Source: the human T2T-CHM13v2.0 reference genome, Homo sapiens
Strand: one strand, 5' to 3'
DNA: 64,000 nt
Assembly (NCBI RefSeq): GCF_009914755.1
Contig: NC_060935.1
Shown here: positions 1 to 11,676 of the stretch, in pieces
Numbering within the stretch: position 1 is the stretch's first letter
Layout of the letters: every line of letters begins with the position of its first letter
The notes under the pieces: model-generated
What the model was told of the DNA's origin: nothing
Databases searched by the model: none
Seen by the model: only the letters and a program-made list of their open reading frames with translations
Program-made: the position numbers and the translations under genes

Positions 1-139
1 CATACCTGGAGCTCACTCCTTTGGGTTATGCAAGTCTTTGCTAAAATGCTGCCTTACCTGGGCAGCCCATCCCATCTCAGATGGCACTTCCAGCATTCTC
101 TATTCCCTGGTGCTGTTTCATTTTCTTCAAAGCACATAT

Positions 140-340
140 CACTTACAAGTCTGTCTCTCTCTGTGTGTTTACCTGTTTCTTACCTGTCCCCTTTATTAGG
201 ATGGTGGCTCCTTAAGAGCAGCCCCCTTTTGCGTAGGTCACCACATGCCCAGCTTTTAGCATAGTTCCTGGATGTAGCAGCCAAGGGCTCAGCAAACATT
301 TGTTGAATGAACGAAAGAATGAAACAAACAAATGAGTGGT
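140..340 (+). mobile_element. L2 3' end fragment
   Basis: GCTCAGCAAACATTTGTTGAATGAACGAAAGAATGAA, typical L2 tail. Confidence 0.55.
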
Positions 341-496
341 GTTCACACATACACAGACCTGCAGGCCGATACCAAAACACTTCTTAAGAGCAAGGCCACA
401 GCTAGACCACTTTCATCTCTCATCTCCAAAGCCTGCAGCTCAGTGCAAGCGCAGCAGGGGCGCACGGAGGGTGGCCACTGAATGAATGCAGGAGCA

Positions 497-1593
497 CACG
501 TCATCACATGCAAAAACACGCACCTCGCACGTCCTTGCACGCGTCATCGCACGCAGAAACACACACCTCGCCCGTCCTCGCACGCGTCATCGCATGCAGA
601 AACATACACCTTGCATGTCCTCGCACGCGTCATCACACGCACAAACACACACCTCGCACGTCCTCGCACGCGTCATCACATACAGAAACATACACCTTGC
701 ACGTCCTCGCACGCGTCATCACATGCAAAAACACACACCTCGCATGTCCTCGCATGCGTCATCACATACAGAAACATACACCTTGCACGTCATCGCACGC
801 GTCATCACATGCAAAAACATACACCTCGCATGTCCTCGCACGTGTCATCATTATACAGAAACATACACCTTGCACGTCCCCGCACGCATCATCACATAAA
901 CATACACCTCGCACGTCCTCGCACGCGTCATCGCACGCAAAAACACACCTCGCACGTCCTCGCACGCGTCATCGCACGCAAAAACACACACCTCGCACAT
1001 CCTCGCACGCGTCATCGCACGCAAAAACACACACCTCGCACGTCCTCGCACGCGTCATCGCACGCAGAAACACACCTCGCACGTCCTCGCACGCGTCATC
1101 GCACGCAGAAACATACACCTCGCACGTCCTCGCACGCGTCATCGCACGCACAAACACCTCGCACGTCCTCGCATGCGTCATCGCATGCAGAAACATACAC
1201 CTTGCACGTCCTCGCACGCGTCATCACATGCAAAAACACACCTCGCACGTCCTCGCACGCGTCATCGCATACAGAAACATACACCTTGCACATCCTCGCA
1301 CGCGTCATCACATGCAAAAACACACACCTCGCATGTCCTCGCACGCGTCATCACATGCAAAAACACACACCTCGCATGTCCTCGCACGCGTCATCACATA
1401 AACATACACCTTGCACGTCCTCGCACGCGTCATCACACGCAAAAACATACACCTCGCACGTCCTCGCACGTGTCATCACATGCAAAAACACACCTCGCAT
1501 GTCCTCGCACGCGTCATCACATACAGAAACATACACCTTGCACGTCCTCGCACGCGTCATCACATGCAAAAACATACACCTCGCATGTCCTCG
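497..1593. repeat. Intronic CpG-rich minisatellite, ~26 copies of a 39-43 bp unit
   Basis: Unit ~GTCATCRCAYGCARAAACAYACACCTYGCACGTCCTCGCACGC; period 43 with 41 and 39 bp variants; explains the overlapping repetitive ORFs at 482-1685. Confidence 0.95.
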
Positions 1594-2984
1594 AAAAAAT
1601 CAATTCTTATCCAGTGTCTAAGAATATACTAAAAATAATGGCAAAAAGTTATTCGAAGTCCTGTAAAGGGGTCCTGGGATCCTAACTTGCAGGCCTCTTC
1701 TCACTGAGAGCGTGCTTATCTCCGACACAGCCCCTGCCTGCCCGGCCTGCCCCTTGAAATACAGTGAACACAGATACTGCCTCTATTACCTCTGGTGCCA
1801 AGCTTAAAAGAAAAGATAATAAATTAAATTTACATCCTGAAGTGACAAATTACTTACTAATTACATAATTACTTTATTATTTAGGTGCTAATCAGGAAAG
1901 TACGTTGAACAATTTCTAGTTTTCAGGAAAATAATGGCTTGACTGTCAATTATTTACGGAACTAGATGTCAGCTTGCCAGCTGCATTTCCAGGCTTAATT
2001 CTTTTTTACAAGAGCCCTGTAATTAATAGTGCAGGTTAGAAATAGGCTGCCCTCTCCTCCATGTAATTCACCAACCTAAAGGAAGGCTTGGCTCAGGCTT
2101 TTGGGGTATTTTATATGTGATAAAGAAATAATTGGGTCTGTTTCCACCCAACTGGTCTTCAAAGAAAACACCGAAGGAAAATGAGACAATTTGTAATTCT
2201 AATTGTTCACTGGCCTTTCATTTTCCAAAGGTGATCCCCGTCAGAAAATGCCTGACATTAAACATTCTAGTTTGAAAGCAACGTAATGCAGGTGCTTGGA
2301 TTCCTTCCTTCAGTAACGGAAATTTTTATGCTGGAAGGAGCCTCGAACTTGGGAAGAAGAGAAAGGCAGAAGAGGAGAAAGGAGATCTCTCACCGCAGAA
2401 GGGTTGGTTCTGTTCTGCCTGTGCGCAGGTAGGTGCCTTGATTATGGAAAAGCGTCTTTTATTATCAGCCCTGGTTCTCAAGCCTGGAGCAGATGGTGCA
2501 CCATCCCCAGCTTTCCCGCCCAGCATTTCCCTATGAACAGCCTACCCGTGTTCCCTGAATGCGCCGCTCTCCTCGCTCTGGGCTTCCGAGCACGCTTGTC
2601 CACTCTGGCTGGAGGACCCTACTCCACTTCCCACCTGCACGTGACGAACTCCCCTCCCTAGCCAGGTCTCTGAAGAGAGGCCATTTCTTCAGAGAAGTTC
2701 TCCCTCCTTTGTGCTCCCAAAGCCATATGGCAGTAATCTCTGGATGTGACAGTCTCTTGAAGTCTCCTTAAGACCTAGGACAGGGTCATGCCTCCTGCTG
2801 TATTCCCAGAGCCTGCCACAGAGTGGATGTCCAAAACTATGTTTCGAATGGATAACTGCTGGTAGACTCACAAAACTACCAAAGTCCTCTACACCTTCCG
2901 GCCTGATATCCCTGCTACTAGATTTTCATCTGACTTTGTTTTTTTTCCTCTCGAGAAGGAGGATGGCCAGCATCTCACACATAA

Positions 2985-3200
2985 TTACCCACATGTAATT
3001 AACACTCCAGACACTGTGCAAGATCCAGCATTTCACCTAGTCCTCACAGCAGCCCTGCAAATCATAGTCCCTGCTTTTTGTAACTGAGGAACCGGAAGTC
3101 CGACAGGTAAGTAACCTTGCCCAGAGCCACACAGCTAGTACACAGTGGGTTTATGAAACGAACCTCATCTTTTAAAGGTCTCGCTCCATGCTCATCCCAC
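2985..3200 (-). mobile_element. MIR
   Basis: TAGTCCTCACAGCAGCCCTG...TGAGGAACCGGAAG...AAGTAACCTTGCCCAGAGCCACACAGCTAGT MIR core. Confidence 0.6.
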
Positions 3201-5008
3201 TCAAAGCAATTAGGAATTCCCAAAGAACCAACTCCCACTCGTGCAAACTAACACAGATACGCTCCAGAACATAAAATTGAAGTGAGATTCTACTTTCCAG
3301 TCATACGCACGTCCACTGAATGCCTGGTGTCTCAGATTCCTGAAATGAACACTGCCAATCAGGATGATGCAAAAGAACGGAGGCAGTGCCCCAAGATGGT
3401 TTCACCCTCCCATTCAGAACAGAGCACAGTCGAGAAGGGAAGCAATGCGGGGACCCTCAGCCTGGTGTTCATCAAGGCGAGGTTTTAGCGGCAGATTTGC
3501 CTTCCTAATTACACTTTGCTTGGGCTCCTGTTCCCTGCTCACGCAACAGCTGGCACCAAAAGGCGGTGACTCAAAAGCTTACCAGGTGGTCAGAACAATC
3601 CCCCCAAGATTTCAAATATGCTTCAATCAGTCTCTTGGGACTGATTGACAGGAGCCAGCCACCTCCCACAGGCAGGGCTGGGCTAGGCAGGCTGGACCCA
3701 CACCAGCCTAGGGCCACCAGCTGTAAGGTTTCTTTTCTCAAAGCCAGTGATCTTGCTAAAATATAACATATTCCGTTCTTCCAGGGTCCTGGACAAGTTC
3801 TCAGACCCAAAAGGAACACAGGTCTGGCCCAGCCCCCGCAGGCAGGGCAGACAGAGCCACCCTTCGGAGCAGATAAAAACTGAGAGAAGCTTCCAAGCCA
3901 GGAACGTCAATTTCTCTATTCTAACCACAGCATCTATGGTCTCAAGGACCGTAAGCTGTATGTGGCACACCCAAGCACCCACGCTGTTGAAGCCTCAATA
4001 ACTAGCACAGTATCTGCCACACAACGGTGGCTAGATACAAATTTTGTCATCAATGGAATAATGAAGGACACATTGTTAATTTTTTGGCCAAAAAACAAAA
4101 CGAAATGTTTTTTAAAACCCGCTCCCCTCCCACGACGGGGACCACTTCTCCTTCATCTTTTCTCCATGGTTCCAGCCTTCTAGCTCCTCCAGAGTACCTC
4201 CTTCCAGGGACACAAAGAGGAGACTCTCCCTCCAGGGAGACCCCGAGGACCCAGCCTCTAGTGCTGTCACCGCTGGGGACTCAGGCCCCCAGCCTAGGCC
4301 AACTCCCAGAGCTCAGCAAGCTCTTGGGGCTTCCTTGCCCTTACCCAGATCCTTGAAAAGCATCTTATCCAGCACAAGGCATTTAACCTGAGCTGTAATA
4401 ACTGACGCCCATTAAAACTGTGACGCTTCCCAGGATGCCTGCATTTTACTATGTGGTAAACCCCGCACAGGCAGGGACTGGGTGCAGGTCTGCTTGCCAG
4501 TGTTTATCCATCATCAGCTACAGAGCTGGATACACACTACACCCTTGGTACATACTAATCAAACGAATACAGTTAAAGAGAACCAAAACATCGATCTAAA
4601 AAGAAAGACTAACTCTGGGACCCCAGGAACTCCACCAGAATTGGGGTAGCAGGGTCTTCCCAAGGCTGGGAAATAATCCCAGCGGTGACCCATTTTGCCA
4701 CCTTAAAGCCTCAGCCCTCCTGGTTTGAAGTAGCAGCTTCCCATGTCCCTCTAAGGACTCTGACAGCACCACACATGCAGGGAGCTGCCGCTCCTGGGCA
4801 CCTGCACTGCCTGCACAGGCTTCGAGAAGACAGCAGCGGGGACACTGCAGGAGTGAGCTGATGTCTCATGGGACCACAGCAACAAGGAGGGGGGCAGGGG
4901 GTGAGATGCAGTTGGGAGAAGGGCTTCCCCTGGGGCAGGCCCACCCCGGAAACAGCCCTCAGGCACCGTTGATGGTGAGGTGGACCCACCCTGGAAGCCG
5001 TCACTCAC

Positions 5009-5155
5009 CGTTGATGGTGAGGTGGACCCAGCTGCCATTGTGGAAGGTGTCATACTGCTGGTCCAGCATGAGCACTTTGCACTCGTACCAGCCCTGGTCC
5101 TCAGAGCGAACTTGTTCCAGCCGCAGAGATGCCTTATCATGAAGACTGGCCCGGC
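5009..5155 (-). CDS. IGSF9B: IGSF9B coding exon 3 (second part of Ig domain 1: GRASLHDKASLRLEQVRSEDQGWYECKV...WVHLTIN)
   Basis: Acceptor TTCCCCCAG|GC at 5156/5155; donor AACG|GTGAGT at 5009/5008; 147 nt; Ig DxGxYxC motif (DQGWYEC). The gene continues beyond the left edge. Confidence 0.96.
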
Positions 5156-6849
5156 CTGGGGGAATAGAGCAGACAAAAGCCCCACAGGCCATCAGGTAAG
5201 GACAGCAGCTCCCCGCCCCCTGCCCCAGCTAAAGACAGGGGACTCATCATAATCTTCATACCATTCCCTATGGCAGGGCTCCAGAATAACAGCTGGCACC
5301 CACCTCCAGCAGCAGGTGGCAAAGGAAAGGGCATAGCACCTTGGCCACAGAGCCACTCTCCCGCCCCAGCTGGCCCTGCCCCAGCCTGCAAGGCAACTCA
5401 ATGCACTTGGCATTGAGAGCAGCCTCAGTTCCCTAGAATACTCTCATTCTTTTGGAGGTCTCCTGAGACAAAAGTAAGGCATGATGGATACAGAGCTGTG
5501 AAGAGATGAAAGAGAGAATGAAAAAGTGCCAACAGAAGAGGATGGGTGGGGGGTCTCCAGCGCACCCGGGAGCACCTCCATTCAGGCTGAGCAATATCCC
5601 TATCCCAGCAGCATTTCCAGGACTACTGGCTCACCCAGCTTCCCTCTCTAGGGCAGAGGGAAGGCAGGCTGGGGTCCAGGATGCTAGGGTCCCCTCCCAG
5701 TCCTGCTGTCAGTGCCAGAGAGACTATGTATCCTACCAAAGCCCAGTGACCCCAGGAGATGAGGGCAGCAGGGCCCAGAAGCCTGAGAACAAGGAATGGG
5801 TTGGCCATCAGAGCAAACATCCTGGAGGCACCCTTCCTCAGCTCTAATCCCCTGCCCCAGTAGGATGCCATCTGTGTCTCACATGTGGCAATGAGGAGGC
5901 CAGAGGTGCAGAAGCCTCTTCCATGACGCCAGCAGGGTGGAGCAGCCCTCGAGGTCGGCCCACCTCACCCGCTCTTAGCTCACCCCTCACCGCAGCCAAT
6001 ATCACCACACCTCTGCTCTCCTCCTCGTCCTGATGCTGGCAATCTGCCTAAAAACTAGACTCTCAAAGCCAACCCTGGCCAAAAAGAGAGCATGAGACAT
6101 GGGCACAGGAGCGAAAGAGGGACAGAGACGGAAGCATTCTGAGAAAGGCAGGGCAGACCTCAGAAGCCACCAGCAAAGATGAAAGTGAAGGCAGTGCCCT
6201 GCCTGCTTCCTCCCTTCCTTTCAACCCCAACAACGCTCGCTCAATGACACGCACACGCACGCACACACACACCCACGCCCTCCTCTCCCGCGGGCTGGGG
6301 GGCAGGCAGCGGCAGTGAGTCACGAGGCCTTTGCTGGCAGGAGTAACTGCCAAACAGGACACAGACGGGGCCAGGAGAAGGAGAGGACAGCATGACAAGG
6401 AGGCAGACACCAGGCACCTGCAAACGGTGGGAGGCCAAAGATTCATCCATACACTCAGGACGGGAAGGCGCCCCGACTTCAGAGCCAAGAGGAAAGGGGT
6501 GGGTGCGGCCAAGCAGGGAGAGCCGTGCTGGCCCAGGGCTGCCTGACTCAGTCTGCTGTCCTCTCCATCCCACTCTCCCACCCAGGCCTCTCCAGCTTCC
6601 CCTTTGGCTCCCAGCCCTCTCCACAGCCCAGGCGGTGCTGTTCAGAAGGCTTTACCCTGCCCCACCTCCACAGCCCTCTCCTCCCGCCGCTTGATTAGAA
6701 CCAACAGAGGACAAAGGATGGGAGGAACCAGGCAGAGACTGGGAAACAGAGATAAAGAGTGGTCAGGACAAGGCAGGGGCCAGAGGGGAACCACCGAGGA
6801 GCTGACTCCAGCTGGGGAAGGTGCGGGAGACCGGGTGCCCAGACCTTAC

Positions 6850-7047
6850 CTGCATACTCAGGGTCCACGTGCGGCGGGTAGTAGCCAAACTTGATGAAGA
6901 TAGGGATGGGGACCCCGAACTTGAACCACTCTACGACATAGGGTGGGGGCTGTCCCGTCACTGGGTGGATCACGTCGCATCGCAGGACCACGCTCTCCCC
7001 AGCTCTTGCCGTCACAAACTCGGGCTCCTCTCGCAGGCCGTGGGCGC
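6850..7047 (-). CDS. IGSF9B: IGSF9B coding exon 2 (first part of Ig domain 1: GAHGLREEPEFVTARAGESVVLRCDVIHP...VEWFKFG...DPEYA)
   Basis: Acceptor CCCCATCAG|GC at 7048/7047; donor GCAG|GTAAGG at 6850/6849; 198 nt; Ig B-strand Cys (VLRC) and C-strand Trp (VEWF). Confidence 0.96.
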
Positions 7048-8495
7048 CTGATGGGGACGGCCAGGTTGGACACAGAAAGGAGGTGACAAAGAGATCCTGC
7101 CCCAGCAGCCCCATGTCCGTGTCACAGGGTCACCCCGCCCCCCACCAGCTGCCCTCCATGGGCCACCGTACCCTCCCAGGAGGGTCCCAGGCACACCCTC
7201 CATCCCTCTCCCCCTCGCTGCTCATACCTCCCTCTGTCCTGGGGCCCCCAGGCATCCACAACTTGGGGGAAAGGAAGGGAGAGGAAAAGAGAGGGAAGCC
7301 ATTCTCTTCAGCCCTACACGCCAGCTCTTCCCTCCCCAGTCTCAAAGAGCCGCAGGCGTCATCCAGCCCCACCCCCTGCTGGCATCCTGCCCCAAGAATT
7401 ACAAGGAGTCCAGGACATGGAGGTGAGGGGCCCGGCCCCCTCTGGAGGCCCACGGCACTGCCCAGTTGTGGCCGCTCGTGCACAGGGAACATTCTTTCTG
7501 CTCCAGGACGCCTGCCACTACAGCCTGGTGGGAAATGACAGAGCCAGCCTTCCTCCTCCACCCCACCCCCAGCTCAGCCCGATGTGCATGGCACAAAACA
7601 AGGGTACTCCATGCAGGAGCAGGGAAATCCCTAACAAGCTCAGCCGAGGCTGCTCGTGGCAACACCAGAGGGAAACCCCGCAGGCTGAGCCGGCCTCTCC
7701 AGCCCCTCCTCCCAGCACAGTTCTGCCAGCCCTGCCGCAGAGGGGGGAGTGGGAGGGGCCCAAGCCCCAGACATCACCATTAGGAGAGCAGGATGCTGGC
7801 GACAGAGGAGGGAGATCCCAGGGCTGTCCCCACGTTGGGCAGAGGAAAACGAAATCAGACGGTGGGATAGGGAACACCCACCCTGGCTGGCAGCAGAGAG
7901 GGTGAGCAAGGCAGCAGGCGGGAGGACCACTCCTGCCTCCACCCCACCGCAAGCTAGAGGACGCCGCAGAGAGGAAGAGCCACGCACCCCAAGCGCCGCA
8001 GCACCACTCCTGGGCCCAAAGAAGGCATGCAGCCCTCCTCCCACGCCAGGCTCCACTGCCAGGCAGGGCCAGGGAGGCCACAAGGTCACCTTGTCCAGTA
8101 ACGTCCCAGGGAAAAGGATAGCTGAGGGGAAGCCTCACCCCCTTCATTCCCTGGTACTACCCCCTACTGCCAGTTGACCACAGCTTTCCCCAGCCCCAGA
8201 CCCTTCTGGTCCCAGGCCGGGCACCCAACTCTCCAGGGCAGCACCTAGGACAGCAGCTGCAGTACCGAAGCGGCAGCTTAAAGACAGAGAGCCAGCTGGG
8301 GACTCCCGCAGGGGAGGATGCCCAGAGGAGGGCAGCACCAGCCCCTGCCATTCCCCATTCCGGTGCCTCGGTCTGACTCTCTCTGCATCTCGGACCCCTG
8401 TGTGCACCTCGCTGTCTCTTATCCCTTCATGTCTGTGTCTGGCCACCTCTCTGTGTCTGTGCACGCACACACACATGCTGGGCTCCTCTGTGTTT

Positions 8496-8496
<1 letters not shown>

Positions 8497-8541
<45 letters not shown>

Positions 8542-8846
8542 CTCTGGATCTCTGTTTGTCTGTCTTACTGGTTCCTCTGTGTGTCTGTCTGTCTGTCTCT
8601 CTCTAGCTCCTTCTCTGGATCTCTGTTTGTCTGTCTGCCTTGCTGGCTCCTCTGTCTGCCTGTCTGTCTGCCTATCTGTCCTGCGGGCTCCATCTCTGCA
8701 TGTGTCTGTCTGTCCATCTCTCTCTGGCTCCTGCTCCTTCACCATGTCTTTCTGTGTCTCCCTCTGTCTCTTTCTCTCTAGCTCTTGCTCTGTGTGGGTG
8801 ACTGTGTCTACCTGCCTATCTCTCTCCCTGTTTCTGTCTACCAGCA

Positions 8847-8877
<31 letters not shown>

Positions 8878-8887
8878 CTGTGTGTGT
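8497..8887. repeat. (TC)n, CT/GT low-complexity tract and (TG)n
   Basis: (TC)~20 at 8497-8537, degenerate TCTG repeats, (TG)n at 8847-8887. Confidence 0.9.
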
Positions 8888-9403
8888 TTCGGTTGGCTCA
8901 TGCAAGGGGAGGGGTTCTGCCTGCTTCTCTGTATGCAAGGGCTCCGTCTCTGCATGTATGTACTTCTGTGTCTGTGGCTCTCCGTGTCTGTCTGTATGTC
9001 ATCTCTGTGTGTCTTGTTCTCCCCCTCCCCCTCCCCTGCAAGTTGCGGAAGAGGGAGGAGGCAAGCCCTTCCAGAAGCTGATTGGCTCCCGGTGACATCA
9101 CAGTTTTCTAGAGAAAGAGCTAAGATCACAGAGTATTTTTGGAGCAGAGCAGAGCATTGCACTCACCTGCCTGAGGCCCCAGCATGCTTCCCAATTTCCC
9201 CCACCCCCAACCTTGCTTCAGGCTAAGTTTGCAACCCAGCCCCTCAGGGAAAGCAGGGAGAGTGCCCAGCTGCAGCCTCACCTCCCCCACAGCCCCAGGG
9301 GCCCTCAGCAGGAGAGGCTGCCTCCCAGCAGCCAGGATCACAAAGGCGGATGCTGGACCAAGAGGAATGGGTGAATAATGGGTGCCATGAGTTTGCAGAG
9401 AAG

Positions 9404-9404
<1 letters not shown>

Positions 9405-9449
<45 letters not shown>
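9405..9449. repeat. (TG)n microsatellite, ~22 units
   Basis: Read directly. Confidence 0.95.
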
Positions 9450-9450
<1 letters not shown>

Positions 9451-11651
9451 TACAGCACACACCTGTGAGGAGATAAGAAACTACAAGAGCCTAGGGGAAG
9501 AGGAGGGAGTTATTCCCAGGTGCCAGGTTACCTGGAGGAGGGCAGAGTGGGCAACAGAAGGTGGTTCCTTCCCAGGGCTTTGGCCCAGGCAGGAGGAACA
9601 GAGGCCTAGGGGGACAGCAGGCACCTCCAACAGTGGAGTTTGCTCTGGTGAGCTGGCTTCCAGGTGGAGGGCTCTAGCGGGCAACGCCAGGAGGTGGGTT
9701 GGCTTTGACGTGGGTTCCCGCTGTGAGGCTGCTCATTTGCACCGAGCCAGCCTCATTTTCACTGCACAGCAACGAGGCAGGCTCTTCAAATCTTCCCCAG
9801 CGCTGGGATTCCACCCCAGCCCCAGCCAGCCCCTGGGCTAAGCGCTGAGCACCCAACCCAAGGCCTACCTCCAAGGCAGGCCGTCCCCTCCCAGCATCTC
9901 TTCCCAAAGACCCTTTCAACCAGGGAGAGGCAGCTGCAGAGAGGACACATCCCAAAGAGGATAAGCAAGACAAAATGAGAGGGAGCTTCCCCAGAATAAA
10001 GCAGTGGTGTGGGCGCCCATGTCCTGGCCTCCACCCTCGCTCCAAGCCCTCTTGCTTTTCTGGATCCTAGAATATTTATTGGTTTTCTGTCATCTCCTTC
10101 ACACACACATGCGCACGCACACACACACGCACGGCATATTCTCTCACTCCATCACCCACAAGCACTTCTCCCTAAGCCTGATCATTTCTGAGCCAAAGTA
10201 TGTCTAATAACACACTCTCTCCAGAAAAGCTCAATATGAAAAAAAGTAATCAGGCTAGCAGTAAAGAGGGAAGATGGAGGATAGATAGAGAAACCCAAAT
10301 ACAGGGTGAAACCAAACCCACATCCAGGAGCAAAAGAGGTGCAAAGTGGAGAGCAAAGAGGAGAGCAGAGGAGGGGCCAGGTGTGGAGCCCAGCCCTGGG
10401 AGGGTGAGTTCAGGCCAGCTGGACACAGACACACCTGTGTGTGTCTGTGTTCTGTCAGAACACCCCAGAGCCTGGGTGGGGGCAGATGGAGACTGGAAGG
10501 GGGAGGGGCTGGCTCCTGAAGGGAGTGGGGAGGAAGGGGAGGAAGAGAGGAAGGGGAGGGTGGAGTGTGCTGAGCCCCTCTCCATCACAGCAGCTCAGAG
10601 GGGCCAGGATCCCCCCTCAAAGGGGGAAAACCAGCATTGTCAGGAGTGGGCACAGGGAAAGGCACCATAGGTCTCACTCTCTTTAGAGAAGGCCAGAAAT
10701 AGCGGTGCCCAGAACCTAGTAAATCTGTATCTTGGGGGTGTGTCCAGCTCCCTTTGGAGCAGTTATGGCGGGGAAGAGAAAGTAGGAGGGCAAGGAAAGA
10801 TAAGGCAGCCCCCAGAGGTCTGGCTGACCTTTTGGGAAGCCCACAGGGTACAAATCTCCTGCTCTCTGGGCCAGGTGGTACCCAGTGGGTGGCTGAGTCC
10901 AGGGCTGCCGTTGGACCCCTGTGCAGAACCATGAGGCATCCAGGGCCTGGCACAGCCCATGTCTAGCACTCACAACCCGGAGCTCCTCCGCCGGGGAAGG
11001 GCTGGGGAAGGAGGGTGCCTGAAAGCAGGACTGCTCTGAATACGGAGGAAGGTGTGCAGGGCAAGGTGTGAGGAGCAGGGCCGGGCGAGCATCAGCTGGC
11101 ATGCAAGCCTCGCGTGCTGTGAATGCCTGCTGCACCCTAGGCTCTGTGCTGGGAACGCAGGGAATCTCAGTCCCTGCCCACAATGGCCTCCTGACACACG
11201 CACCGCTGTCTCCCATTGAAAAATGAGCAAACGGGGAGTTGCGCCGCTCACCCAAAGTTACTAGGTTCCAGCTGTGCCCGATGCACGGATGGTGTCCCTA
11301 TCCTTCTCAGAAAGCAGGTGGGGCAGAGGTCATCCTGGCCCAACCCAGGCGCCGGGATCAAGGCCTTTCACCCACTGAGCCTCACTTTTCCCTTTCTTAG
11401 GGCCTGAGCCAGAGGTCGGCAACTCCAACCCCACACTGGGGACAGGTTTTGCCAGCCCAGACCCTGAAGCCTAGGACCATAGGGTGGGCCTGTCTCAGAA
11501 GGCGGCCGGGTGGGCTCTGACCAGCTCTGAGGAGCCTGGCCTTCTGCCTGAGACTCTGAGACCCCTAGCTGGGTCTGGCTGGTGGCTGGGGAAGCGGGGA
11601 ACGGAGTGAGCACCAGCATCCGTTGCTCATTAGTACAAGTCCTTATTGCAG

Positions 11652-11676
11652 CCTCCTCCTCCTCCTCCTCCTCCTC
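11652..11676. repeat. (CCT)8 trinucleotide repeat
   Basis: Read directly. Confidence 0.9.

Noticed and set aside
1-16. Donor-like CAG|GTATG on the minus strand at the left edge
   Set aside because: Upstream sequence does not encode an Ig2-like peptide; exon 4 appears to lie outside the window.
482-1685. Long His/Thr/Arg-rich ORFs (379, 297, 170 aa)
   Set aside because: Translations of a stop-poor minisatellite, open in several frames on both strands.
8318-9226. 302-aa and 247-aa ORFs
   Set aside because: Derived from (TC)n/(TG)n low-complexity sequence.
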